64,000 bases of DNA from a miscellaneous Crenarchaeota group-6 archaeon AD8-1 (GTDB lineage: Archaea; Thermoproteota; Bathyarchaeia; Bathyarchaeales; Bathycorpusculaceae). The stretch spans positions 57 through 64,056 of the forward strand of contig LFWW01000001.1 in assembly GCA_001273385.1 (NCBI GenBank), written 5' to 3'. Every line of letters starts with the position of its first letter. The stretch's first letter is position 1. Below are positions 1-9,826 of this stretch, piece by piece. The position numbers were made by a program, and so were the translations under genes. Under the pieces are notes generated by a model. That model saw only the letters and a list, made by a program, of their open reading frames with translations, did no database searches and was not told the DNA's origin.

Positions 1-263
1 TTTGACCTCAACAAGATTAATGTCTTGAATATTGTATAATTGCTCGGCTTTAAGATTTTTTCCTAAAGAAAGAATAAGATAAGAAAAATCGCAGTTCAAT
101 TTGGCTTTTTTTAACTTTAAAAACTTTTATCTTTCCAAGTCAATCAAACAAGATTTGGAATGAGTTCGATTAATTTGATATAAATACTTTACTTTTTTTG
201 GGTAGGAGTCTTTAAATTCAGAATCCAAACATTTATTTTCATATAACATCCTTAAATTTTGCA

Positions 264-1049
264 ATGATTATCGATGGGAAGAGCAAGACAAAAAAAGCAA
301 TACCTGGATTCACGGCGTTTGTTCCATTTGGAATAATCCTAATTCACCGTGATAAGCCAATTATGTCGCTAAAGTGGGTTTTGTTGGTCTTGTTTCTTGA
401 GACAGTCGCTATAACCACAATATTTACAAATATACAAGCAAACGATCCTGTATGGGCTTTATTTGGAGTTTGGGCCTTTATTATCGTTTGCAGACCCATT
501 TATTTTTTATTAAGTCGAGCTAAAAGAACTAATCAAAATCAAAAGAATTTTGAAAAATTAACCTTTGGCAACTTATTCAAACTCTGCTTAGAAAATAATT
601 TTGCTAATTACAGAATCGGACTATTATCTTGTATTCCATTGGTTGTACAAGCCCTTGTAGGGGGCTCAATTATTTACACTATATACGGAGGCGATTGGGT
701 AATGCACACTCTAGCAGGATTTGGAATAGGCGCTGCAGCCTTTTTAGCTTATCGAACCTCTCTTGATAATTATAGCTACCAAAGATTATACTCATATTTT
801 AAATTAGATAATATTCGCCTTCCTAAAATTGAGAGAAAGACAGGCTCTTTAGAATTTGTGATCTTTAGTGTAATAGTCGTGGCTTTCCTCTGGGAGTTGC
901 TTGAATATACAGTTTTTATGATAAATCCAGCAAATTCATTAAGAATACATGCCGAAACATTATTCAACAGAACTATGGATTTTGGAGTTGCAATTTTTGG
1001 AGCAATCATTGCATGGTATCTAATCAAATATAGATTGAAATGGTTCTAA
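264..1049 (+). CDS. Multi-pass membrane protein, function unknown
   Basis: 261-aa ORF with several hydrophobic helices (WVLLVLFLETVAITTIF, FVIFSVIVVAFLWELLEY). I recognise no catalytic motif. Confidence 0.5.
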   Translation: MIIDGKSKTKKAIPGFTAFVPFGIILIHRDKPIMSLKWVLLVLFLETVAITTIFTNIQANDPVWALFGVWAFIIVCRPIYFLLSRAKRTNQNQKNFEKLTFGNLFKLCLENNFANYRIGLLSCIPLVVQALVGGSIIYTIYGGDWVMHTLAGFGIGAAAFLAYRTSLDNYSYQRLYSYFKLDNIRLPKIERKTGSLEFVIFSVIVVAFLWELLEYTVFMINPANSLRIHAETLFNRTMDFGVAIFGAIIAWYLIKYRLKWF

Positions 1050-1224
1050 TTTTACAAAGCAAAACCATCATACTAATAAAGAATAATTTAAAATTTTTTA
1101 TTTTCAGAAATAAGAGCAATTAATTTTTTTTAGTTGTATCTGATTGTTTATCTTGTTGCATTTTCTTCTTATTTTCAATAGGTTAAAATAAAAAAACAAA
1201 GGAAGGGTAGAGATATTATTTATA

Positions 1225-1249
1225 CTCTATTTTTTTAGGGAAAATAGAG
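1225..1249 (-). terminator. Hairpin downstream of the convergent gene ends
   Basis: Perfect 9-bp inverted repeat ctctatttt / aaaatagag with a 7-nt loop. It lies 17 nt beyond the stop of the minus-strand gene 1266..1814, in a T/A-rich context. Confidence 0.35.
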
Positions 1250-1265
1250 AGGATATCTGTAATTG

Positions 1266-1814
1266 TTACTCTCCTATTAATCCAACTATTAACGCGTGTA
1301 CTCCTTGTAATAAAAGACCTATTACCAATAGAATTACTAATATTGTCTCGCCAAAGGCAGGCCATACTATTACAGAAATCGCTAAGACAACAGCTAAAAT
1401 GCCAAGTACTATCACAATTCCTTTTGATAATTTTGGCATTTTTGGTGACATTCCTGCCATTGCTGCAGTAGCTGCTCCGCCTACTATTAAACCTACAGCG
1501 AATAAGATAAGTTGTACAGCAATTGTGAGGTTTGGATAAAACCAAGCAATAAAACCAAGAGCCAACATTGCAATACCACCGATTACCATTAGAGCACGAC
1601 CTCCTGAACTCAGATCAGGTAAGCCTACCCCCACTACTAAGAGTTCTATTCCAGCAACGATTAATGTTAAGGAGATCCATATTACTATTGTAAGTAAACC
1701 TAATTCGGGAAAAGCTATTACCGCAAATGCTAATATCAAAATCAAGATACCGAGGATAACAGATAGAGCACGGAACCAACCTGGTGCTTTTTCTGGAGTA
1801 TTTTCTGTACTCAA
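1266..1814 (-). CDS. HdeD/DUF308-like small-repeat membrane protein
   Basis: 182 aa, almost entirely Gly/Ala/Ile/Leu-rich helices in a repeated pattern (ILGILILILAFAVIAFP, LIVAGIELLVVG, IVLGILAVVLAISVIVWP). The antisense ORF 1216..1545 is rejected. Confidence 0.5.
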   Translation of the reverse strand: MSTENTPEKAPGWFRALSVILGILILILAFAVIAFPELGLLTIVIWISLTLIVAGIELLVVGVGLPDLSSGGRALMVIGGIAMLALGFIAWFYPNLTIAVQLILFAVGLIVGGAATAAMAGMSPKMPKLSKGIVIVLGILAVVLAISVIVWPAFGETILVILLVIGLLLQGVHALIVGLIGE

Positions 1815-2094
1815 TATATCACCTCCACCAAATTTCTTCTATTCTTTCCCTTCTTTATGGGTTAGAGTATTTAAAACCTTTCAATAAGTTTAAGTCTATA
1901 TATTTAAGCATGTAAATTAAAAAAATTAAGCAAGATTGTATAGTGATATTAAGAGCAACTTAGGTTGATCTTATTTGTGTTTTTGGATAATACAAAAACT
2001 ATAGATCTCTGATAATGAGTTTTTTAAAATAACACTGACTAAATAAAAAATTACCATTCAATTTATATTATATTAACTTGAAAGAAAGAATAGG

Positions 2095-3108
2095 ATGATA
2101 GATACTGGTTTTCAAGTCCTAATTCTAATTGGATCGCTTGTTGGTTTAGCTTCCTCAAGTCATTTTGCAGTAAAGTCAATGGAAGACATTGCAGAAATAA
2201 CTGGATTAAGTGATATGGCTGCTGGATCTATTATTCTAGCTGTGCTTACTTCTGCTCCTGAACTCTTTGTTGCGATTTTCTCAGTTACTGGGGGCAACTC
2301 TGCAGTTAGTATTGGTGATATATTAGGATCAAATATCTTCAATATAGGTGCCATTTTGGGTTTACTTGGTATGTTGGGTTATCTTAGGCTTTGTTGTAGC
2401 GATATAATTTTGGACCTAGCTGATACGCTTTCAATCGTATCTCTTATACCTTTGTTCTTGGTAGCAACTCAGTATTTCTCTTTCGAGATACCTAGTCAAC
2501 TGATAGGTTTAATTCTTCTGATTATTTTTATTATAAACACTTATTTGTTGTTGAAAAAGAAAAATAATAAACCTAAGCCTGTCTGTGAAATTCAACAAAC
2601 TTGTAATTTGCAAAAAGAAGGTAAATCAAATCCTGAATTAGATTGCGATATGGGGAAAAATACACGTATAAACAAAACTAAGACCGTTATAATTCTTATT
2701 TTGAGTTTTGCTTTGGTAGTAATATCTGCTCAGTTTACTGTGTACTCGGCTTCAAACATAGCTATTGCTTTTGGTGTTCCTGCAATTTTGGTAGGCGCAA
2801 AACTTGTATCAATTGGCACATCTCTTCCTGAACTCACTTTAAATCTTGAAGCGGTAAGAAGAGGTAGAGTTCAACTAGCTATTGGAGGCGTTGTTGGTTC
2901 TAATCTTGTAAATATAACCCTCATATTAGGTTTGGTTCTTTTGGCTTCGCCATTCCAGGTTAATCCTTCGGTTTTTCTAGAAATTCTCCCATTCTTGTTG
3001 ATAACCACAATTGCATTTTGGAGATTTGTAACGAAAGGAGGAATTTCAAGAATCGAAGGGGGTCTTTTATTATTATCCTATTTGGCCTTTCTAATATTGG
3101 TCGCTTAA
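2095..3108 (+). CDS. Na+/Ca2+ (cation/Ca2+) exchanger, CaCA/YrbG family
   Basis: Two alpha-repeat signatures, GDILGSNIFNIGAILG and GGVVGSNLVNITLILG, are separated by a hydrophilic central loop in a polytopic membrane protein. Confidence 0.85.
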   Translation: MIDTGFQVLILIGSLVGLASSSHFAVKSMEDIAEITGLSDMAAGSIILAVLTSAPELFVAIFSVTGGNSAVSIGDILGSNIFNIGAILGLLGMLGYLRLCCSDIILDLADTLSIVSLIPLFLVATQYFSFEIPSQLIGLILLIIFIINTYLLLKKKNNKPKPVCEIQQTCNLQKEGKSNPELDCDMGKNTRINKTKTVIILILSFALVVISAQFTVYSASNIAIAFGVPAILVGAKLVSIGTSLPELTLNLEAVRRGRVQLAIGGVVGSNLVNITLILGLVLLASPFQVNPSVFLEILPFLLITTIAFWRFVTKGGISRIEGGLLLLSYLAFLILVA

Positions 3109-3198
3109 TATCAGTAGATTGCCTTTTTTAATAGGCTTTGTAAAAAATCTTTACAATATATTTAAGTTATTTATTATAAATTAAAAAAGCATCTAAGG

Positions 3199-3711
3199 GT
3201 GTTTGCAAAGGTGAAGATGAGAATTTTAAAATTAAACTCCTCCTTAATCAAAGAGATGTTGCTTGGTCAATGTAATTGGATAAGCAACCTTCCAAATGAT
3301 TTAGAATTAATAGATATCACATTCGACGTATTTGCTGGAAAAGCTACGTTTTTAGTTAGAAGTGATGTTTTTGAGGATTTAGAAGAATCCTATCCTATTC
3401 CGGAATTTAATCTAGAATTCAACAAATCTACGAAAAAAGCACCGGAGTCAATAACTAAATTTCAAAAAAAATATGAGGTTGATGAAGGAAAAATCATTGA
3501 TTCAAATCAAGAGATTAATGCATTTCAAAAGGAATTCAGCCCTGAACAACGTGAATTATTGAATTTTCAAATTGAGGGTGATTATCTAATAGTCAAACCT
3601 GTAAAGTATTTGAAAAACGAATGGAACGATATTAATGTAGTAGTGAAAAATATCGGTGGAGAATGGGTGAAAGGTAGCATAATAAGTTATTGGAAAGTTC
3701 CAATTCGTTAA
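3199..3711 (+). CDS. Hypothetical protein
   Basis: 170-aa ORF opening at GTG. An ATG at 3217 (MRILKLNSS) is an alternative start. No recognised motif. Confidence 0.45.
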   Translation: MFAKVKMRILKLNSSLIKEMLLGQCNWISNLPNDLELIDITFDVFAGKATFLVRSDVFEDLEESYPIPEFNLEFNKSTKKAPESITKFQKKYEVDEGKIIDSNQEINAFQKEFSPEQRELLNFQIEGDYLIVKPVKYLKNEWNDINVVVKNIGGEWVKGSIISYWKVPIR

Positions 3712-3877
3712 ATATATTTTTAGGCTTTTATTAGTATCAAAACAATTTTTAGATTTTATAATATACTTCTTAGTAATTATAAAGTTCCCAAAGGAAAATT
3801 TTGTGTTTGTTCGCTTGTTGATTCTTATATCGTAAAACTTAATATATAATACTGTGTTTATTTTTTTAGTGATTTAA

Positions 3878-4393
3878 TTGGCCAGAGCCGCTTGGGTAGC
3901 TCCGCTTTATATATCTGTGGCATGGACGTTAATGATAGCCTACCAAATATTTACCAGAACTGCCGTTTCAACAATAATTGCAAATTTAACTCCATTCATT
4001 CCATCAATAGGATCTTGGTTAACCTCTAAAATTGAATTAGTTATTTTTATTTATGGCTTCGCCTGGGTTTTTTTGTTGTCTTCTGCAATACCAGGAGCAA
4101 TACTTGGGAAAGAGAGAGGCGTTTTAGTTCAATTTTTTCTTTGTTTGGCTCTAACCTTCTTATCAATAATAATGGTGGATGTTTTAGCAACTTATGCTAA
4201 TCTCTCAATTGACAACTTTTTAGGTTTATCCTTGTTTTTTAATAATCTTGTTTTAGCTTCTCTTTATTTGGCTATCCCTTACATTTTGCTGATCGGACTA
4301 GATATACAATCAAGACGTGATGAAAGAAATAGGCAAGATCTAGAGCTACTTACTAATACCTATTTGGAAAACAGCCCAATTGAAGAAAAATAA
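3878..4393 (+). CDS. Hypothetical membrane protein
   Basis: 171 aa with about 5 hydrophobic helices and a charged C-terminal tail (RRDERNRQDLELL). TTG start. Confidence 0.45.
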   Translation: MARAAWVAPLYISVAWTLMIAYQIFTRTAVSTIIANLTPFIPSIGSWLTSKIELVIFIYGFAWVFLLSSAIPGAILGKERGVLVQFFLCLALTFLSIIMVDVLATYANLSIDNFLGLSLFFNNLVLASLYLAIPYILLIGLDIQSRRDERNRQDLELLTNTYLENSPIEEK

Positions 4394-4582
4394 TAAAAAT
4401 CGAATAAAAAATTTTTTCACTTCAAAGAACTTGTTTGTAGGTGATTGTTGTAAATAGGTTGTTTTTAGTACATATGTCGATTTTCGCAATATGTCGAACT
4501 TAAAATAAGTTATATATTGAGTCTTGCGATACAAGTTGTATCTAAGTAAAACACAAGAACAGAACTACACAAATACAATGAG

Positions 4583-4963
4583 ATGAAAAAGATGCAACTC
4601 GAAAAAATAATAATAAACTGGGATCTTCAATCAACAAAAGAAAAAGAATGTTACATACAAGATTTATCTTTAGAAGTTACAAATATAATTCAAGAAAGTT
4701 TTGCATCAATTTTCGCTCTACCAAATTGCAATAATATATTTTATTACCTAGAAAAAAACCATGGAATAACAAAACAGAACCTAAATGAAAATATTGAGAA
4801 ATTTGTAACTGTTATAGAAGAATTATTTGGTCCTGCAATAAAATTAGTTGAAATCAAAATAATCGAGCAAATTCATAAAAAAATCAAAAATTTTGATCAC
4901 ACTCCCAAAAAAAATGATTTATTTCTTAGAGACTATTTAGTTGATTTATTCTCCCATTTATAA
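4583..4963 (+). CDS. Hypothetical protein
   Basis: 126-aa soluble ORF. A TATA-like box (tatatatt, 4511-4518) lies upstream. No recognised motif. Confidence 0.45.
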   Translation: MKKMQLEKIIINWDLQSTKEKECYIQDLSLEVTNIIQESFASIFALPNCNNIFYYLEKNHGITKQNLNENIEKFVTVIEELFGPAIKLVEIKIIEQIHKKIKNFDHTPKKNDLFLRDYLVDLFSHL

Positions 4964-5075
4964 AAATTTATTATATTAACATTTTTTTTCTGGAAAATAG
5001 CATAAAATAATATAACGCTTAGCGATATCTTTTTTCTTACCCTTTCATTTATTTAAATTATGAAAAGGTGTAAAT

Positions 5076-6788
5076 GTGATTCAAAACTCTGAAACTATAT
5101 CACCAAAATTGCTAAATCAAGTTAAAGAATATTGCCAACAAATCGCCAATTCCAAAAAAATAAAGGCAATATACCTTATTGACAATTTTTCAAATAATGG
5201 AAAAAAATCAAGAAAACAAATTGAAGCAGTTTTAATAATAAAAGACTTTCAACCAAGAATATCAACTAATGTAAGATCTTTTAATCAAAGTAATATTACT
5301 GTTTTTGCTGTTGATCAATGGATATTTGAAAGAGATACTCAAAGAGGCTTTCTAGGTGAATCATTATCAGGCAATCTTGTTTTTTCTTATTTTCCTATTT
5401 TAGGAAAAAATTTCTTATTTTTGCAAGAAATATGCATAAAAAAAAGATTAATTATAGAAATGTTGGAAAATATTGTTCAAAATTATCCTAAATTATCATA
5501 TAATATAAAGATAAAACCAGAGTATTTTATGTACAAAGCAATCCTTGATCGTGTAAAAATTTTTCCTCCTCTTTATAACAGTCTATCAGATCTAATTACC
5601 AAATCTGCTCCTCAAGAAAAAGTTGATTTAATTCTTAGCGGATATATTAAAGCTATAACAGAACTTGAAAATGAGAATAAACTTTTTTTCTCAAATAATT
5701 TTGTGTCTCTTAAAAAACAATTTATTGAAAAAAACAAAAATCCTACAAAATACATTAAGAACTTGGGAAAAGTACCTTCCAGAGGTATTTTCACTTCTTT
5801 TTTCTCGGTTTATTCTCAATTACTAAAGTTATTTTCACAGAGAACAAATATTCTACTTAATTTTAGAAAATTTAACAACTTCAAAGGAATAGATCATGAT
5901 AGAAATATTGTTAATCCTCAAGAGTATCTTTTCATTCAAATAAACCATAATATATGCTCATTGGCAAATGGTGCAGATATGTTAACCTTTGCAAAAAGAC
6001 ATCTGCCCTCAGAAAACAAGGCAGATATTAAATTTGATTCAATTGGTGGCATATTAAATGATGTTTACATAATACGAACCTTGTCTGAAAATACAGAAAA
6101 AAAGATACTTGTGAAACAATTCAAAGAATGGTCTGGTTTTAAATGGTTTCCTTTATCATTATGGGCTATTGGTACCAGAAATCTTTCAGTATTAGCTAAG
6201 ACTAGGCTTGCAAATGATTATTCAATTAATGAATTTTTAAGAGAGAACGGTTTTAGAGTTCCAAAAATTTTACATGTAAGTCTTAAGAAGAGATTACTTT
6301 TTATGGAATATATCGAAGGAATAGATTTAAGCATATTAATTAAAAATATTTTAAACTCGACTTCAAATTTTGAAGCTCAACAAGATCTATCAATAATATA
6401 TGAAGCTGGAAATATTCTAGCTAAAATACACTCTATTAATGTGACATTAGGGGATACAAAACCTGAAAATGTTTTGCTTGATTTGAATCGAAAAATCTAT
6501 TTGGTAGATTTTGAGCAAGCTTCTCATGGTGGAGATAAAACTTGGGATCTGGCAGTATTTTTATATTTCATGGGTCATTACATTCCACCTTTTACAAATA
6601 AACAAGTTATTTTAAATTTGGTCAATGCGTTTTTAGACGGTTATCTTCAAGGAGGAGGCAATATTGAGGATATTAATAAAGTGAGTTCTCCAAAATATTC
6701 AAGACTTTTTAGTATCTATGTTCTCCCAAATGTGTTGATGTTGATCTCGCAAGTTTGTAAAAAAGCAAAATTAAGTAAACAAACTTAA
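5076..6788 (+). CDS. Protein-kinase-like protein (Bud32/RIO/Kdo-kinase type catalytic core) with a large unassigned N-terminal domain
   Basis: C-terminal catalytic-loop and DFG-like block LGDTKPENVLLDLNRKIYLVDFEQAS. A lysine-containing strand (ILVKQFKEW) lies upstream. The N-terminal ~330 aa are unassigned. GTG start preceded by AAGGTG. Confidence 0.7.
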   Translation: MIQNSETISPKLLNQVKEYCQQIANSKKIKAIYLIDNFSNNGKKSRKQIEAVLIIKDFQPRISTNVRSFNQSNITVFAVDQWIFERDTQRGFLGESLSGNLVFSYFPILGKNFLFLQEICIKKRLIIEMLENIVQNYPKLSYNIKIKPEYFMYKAILDRVKIFPPLYNSLSDLITKSAPQEKVDLILSGYIKAITELENENKLFFSNNFVSLKKQFIEKNKNPTKYIKNLGKVPSRGIFTSFFSVYSQLLKLFSQRTNILLNFRKFNNFKGIDHDRNIVNPQEYLFIQINHNICSLANGADMLTFAKRHLPSENKADIKFDSIGGILNDVYIIRTLSENTEKKILVKQFKEWSGFKWFPLSLWAIGTRNLSVLAKTRLANDYSINEFLRENGFRVPKILHVSLKKRLLFMEYIEGIDLSILIKNILNSTSNFEAQQDLSIIYEAGNILAKIHSINVTLGDTKPENVLLDLNRKIYLVDFEQASHGGDKTWDLAVFLYFMGHYIPPFTNKQVILNLVNAFLDGYLQGGGNIEDINKVSSPKYSRLFSIYVLPNVLMLISQVCKKAKLSKQT

Positions 6789-6919
6789 TGCCTCTTATTT
6801 AGTTGATTCTTCACAAGATTATTCTAAAATTCGATAAAAACTATTCAACGAAATCATAGAAGTATTTTCTGATATGAGTAACACTACAATTTTATATTTA
6901 TTTTAAGATCTATATATAA

Positions 6920-7198
6920 TTGAAAATGAATGATAAAATTCGTTATTATAAAGGTGTTAATAAAGTAAAAATTGTTACTGAAAGCGTTGGATATTATATA
7001 ATTGAGGCCTTGGAACCTTTTGAAGACTTCATAGACGGAAAGAAAATAAAAGTTAAGATAGGTGAACAACGCATTGTTGAATCTGATACTCTTTATTCAG
7101 AGATGACTTACCCTTCTCCAATTCAAGAACATGCCTATGAATTGAAGATGGAAAAGAAACTAAAACAGTTTATAGATCAAAAACAGAAGAAAAAATAG
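6920..7198 (+). CDS. Hypothetical small protein
   Basis: 92-aa ORF with a Lys-rich tail. No motif. The antisense ORF 6884..7069 is rejected. Confidence 0.4.
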   Translation: MKMNDKIRYYKGVNKVKIVTESVGYYIIEALEPFEDFIDGKKIKVKIGEQRIVESDTLYSEMTYPSPIQEHAYELKMEKKLKQFIDQKQKKK

Positions 7199-7309
7199 GA
7201 TTAGAAAATTGTAATTTTCAGTAATTGACTTTAGTAAAGAATAATCTTGTGGATTTATTACAAGATTTAAATTGGACAGAATATATTCTCCCTTTATGAG
7301 GAAAACTAT

Positions 7310-8122
7310 TTGTCATCTCATGTGATTGAAGAAGAAAATCATGTACTTTTATGTTTGGATTCACGAAGAACATATCTAGTTAAAATTGAAAAAGGAAAAA
7401 CTTTCCATACACATAAAGGTTACATCCAATTAGAAGAATTGATAGGAAAACCTTTTGGATCAATAATAGAAACCAATTCAAATGTAACCTTTGCAGCTTT
7501 AAGACCAACTTTAGAAGATTATATAATGAAATCCTCACGAAAAACTCAAATAACCTATCCTAAAGATGCTGCATTGATAGTTTTATTTAGCGGAATTAAT
7601 TCAGGAAGTCGTGTAGTTGAATCAGGAACAGGAACAGGAGCACTTACTACAGCTCTTGCTCATTTTGTAAAACCAGAAGGAAAGATTTACACATATGAAC
7701 TTCGAGAAGAATTCAAGCTAAATGCGCAAAAAAATTTGAAAAGAGCAAATCTATTGGATTATGTAGAATTAAAAAGCAAAGATATAACCTGCGGAATTGA
7801 AGAAAGAGATATAGATTCAATAATATTAGATTTAGCTACCCCTTGGTTAGTTATTCCTCATGCCTATGAATCCCTAAAACCATCAGGCACAATTGTTTCT
7901 TTCAGCCCTACAATTGACCAAGTTGTCAGAACTACTGAAGCTCTAAGAGATTACAACTTTACTTTTATTGAAACTATAGAATGCTTAATAAGAGCAATGC
8001 AAATTTCCCGAGGAAAAACCCGACCCCACACAATGATGACAGGTCACACGGGATATATCACTAGAGCTCGAAAAACAATAAAAAACGATTACTCACAAGA
8101 AATAATCGAACATAACGATTGA
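7310..8122 (+). CDS. trmI: tRNA (adenine-N1)-methyltransferase, TrmI/Gcd14 family
   Basis: SAM-binding motif VVESGTGTGALTTALAHFV, YPKDAALIV, and the N-terminal beta-domain layout typical of TrmI. TTG start is uncertain. Confidence 0.85.
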   Translation: MSSHVIEEENHVLLCLDSRRTYLVKIEKGKTFHTHKGYIQLEELIGKPFGSIIETNSNVTFAALRPTLEDYIMKSSRKTQITYPKDAALIVLFSGINSGSRVVESGTGTGALTTALAHFVKPEGKIYTYELREEFKLNAQKNLKRANLLDYVELKSKDITCGIEERDIDSIILDLATPWLVIPHAYESLKPSGTIVSFSPTIDQVVRTTEALRDYNFTFIETIECLIRAMQISRGKTRPHTMMTGHTGYITRARKTIKNDYSQEIIEHND

Positions 8123-8123
8123 A

Positions 8124-9692
8124 CTATTCTTTGTTTATAGTTTGTCCCTGAGTAATTCCCAAAGACCAGAAAGCCTCTTTTAGTTGTTTTCCACGTGTAA
8201 ACCCATAATAGAAACCCATTATAGTGGCAAAATAAGGGATTAAAAGATTATTAACAGCTTTATATAATATTGGATTTTGAATTCTATTTTTAAGAAAAGT
8301 TGGTTTCCAAAGTCTAATATTATATTCCCAGCATTTGATAAAAAGATCCCAACGTGCTTTTGATAACGAATCAAGATCAGCTCCTTTATTATTCATCAAA
8401 ACACAGTTTTCCAAAGGCACAAAAAATAATGGAACATAAAATGCTTTGAAATTCTTCAACTTATCCATCAATTCGATGGTTTCTAGAACATCTTCTTCAT
8501 TTTCATCTGGAAGTCCAATAATTAAAGTAGCTAAAGGACACCAACTATTATCATTTAAAATTCCAAAAGCACTTGTGATAATATCCTGCCATTGTTCAGG
8601 TTTATACGGTAGCATTTTGCCCGCCATATATTTTTTCATTAAACGTGAACTTCCAGTTTCAATCCCTGTTTCAGCAGTAATTATGTCTTTTTTTCCAAAA
8701 CAATAAACAGTATGTTCAATCAAAATATTTGTTAACTCTTTGATCATTTCTGGACTATTTACTACTGGAGCTAATGAAATGTGCGATGCTTGAATACCTC
8801 TCACGCCATTATTATTTGCAATATTCTTAATTAAATTGATAACTGCCTTTTTATTGGGTTTAAACTTACTATCTTTTGATCCATACAAAAACAAGTCCTC
8901 AGTTACCAAGGTAATATGTTCGCTTCCTTCTTGAATAGTAAGGTTCACTTCTTTCATTATTTTTTCTAATGGTATATCGACTTTGTGCTGAACAGTAGGA
9001 GTACAAAATTGGCATTTTCTGCCGCATCCCTTTGATATTTCAACAGCACCATGTATTGCCGCATGTTTACAGATCGGCATTTTTTCATAATCCCACTTTG
9101 ATAATGAGTTAACTTCTCGAATAATTCGTGGGATTTTTTCATTATTAACTACTTTTTTAAAAATCTCAACAATTGTACTTGGATTATTCCCAATAAAAAC
9201 GGAATCTATACTATATTTATCTGTCATCTTTTTTCGTTCCAATTGCCAAGCTCCAAACCCTCCTGCAATCAATTTTGGTTTGAATTTTTTAATTGCGGGA
9301 TTAGAAATAAGCTTTTGGAATTCCAAAGAATTCAGTGGTTCTCCTCCACCTATTATTGAAGAATAGGTTTTACTTACATAACCCATGCCTGTTGGGTCCA
9401 TTGAAGAAATTCCAACAACTTTTGTTTTTGGACCAATGAATTGGTCTAAATTGTCTGGATGAACTACAGCAACCTCGGATTCTGAAAAACCGTTTTCCAG
9501 CAAGATTGCTTCAACTTTTCTTAGGCCATAAGGTGCATATTTAGCTTTCCCATTTGGATAAGATTTAACAGCTGGATATAGTCTCCTTTTTGCAAATCCC
9601 AAAGGAATAGGTCCTATGCCAAAACCCGCAGAAAAAGCTATAAACGGATTATTAAAGAAGTCGCTCATTTCAGTAGCTGAAGCTGTTAGCAC
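8124..9692 (-). CDS. Radical SAM enzyme with an N-terminal Rossmann/B12-binding-like domain
   Basis: CX3CX2C motif in SKGCGRKCQFCTP about 220 aa from the N-terminus. 522 aa. Substrate unknown. Confidence 0.85.
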   Translation of the reverse strand: MLTASATEMSDFFNNPFIAFSAGFGIGPIPLGFAKRRLYPAVKSYPNGKAKYAPYGLRKVEAILLENGFSESEVAVVHPDNLDQFIGPKTKVVGISSMDPTGMGYVSKTYSSIIGGGEPLNSLEFQKLISNPAIKKFKPKLIAGGFGAWQLERKKMTDKYSIDSVFIGNNPSTIVEIFKKVVNNEKIPRIIREVNSLSKWDYEKMPICKHAAIHGAVEISKGCGRKCQFCTPTVQHKVDIPLEKIMKEVNLTIQEGSEHITLVTEDLFLYGSKDSKFKPNKKAVINLIKNIANNNGVRGIQASHISLAPVVNSPEMIKELTNILIEHTVYCFGKKDIITAETGIETGSSRLMKKYMAGKMLPYKPEQWQDIITSAFGILNDNSWCPLATLIIGLPDENEEDVLETIELMDKLKNFKAFYVPLFFVPLENCVLMNNKGADLDSLSKARWDLFIKCWEYNIRLWKPTFLKNRIQNPILYKAVNNLLIPYFATIMGFYYGFTRGKQLKEAFWSLGITQGQTINKE

Positions 9693-9826
9693 AATTTTAA
9701 CTCCTAGCTCCGTTGTTTTTATTCCCTTTCACTTCCTTATGGCGAATAGAAAAAAACAATGTTTTAATCTATTATTAAAAATTGCTGTTTTTTTAGCTTT
9801 TATTTCAAACATAACATTATAAAGGT

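Noticed and set aside
1-130. Possible minus-strand ORF running off the left edge (…KLNCDFSYLILSLGKNLKAEQLYNIQDINLVEVK)
   Set aside because: The frame is open for only about 40 codons after a stop at about 126-128. It has no ATG (only a TTG) and no recognisable motif, which is too little to call. A 36-codon ATG ORF at 249..139 also has no support.
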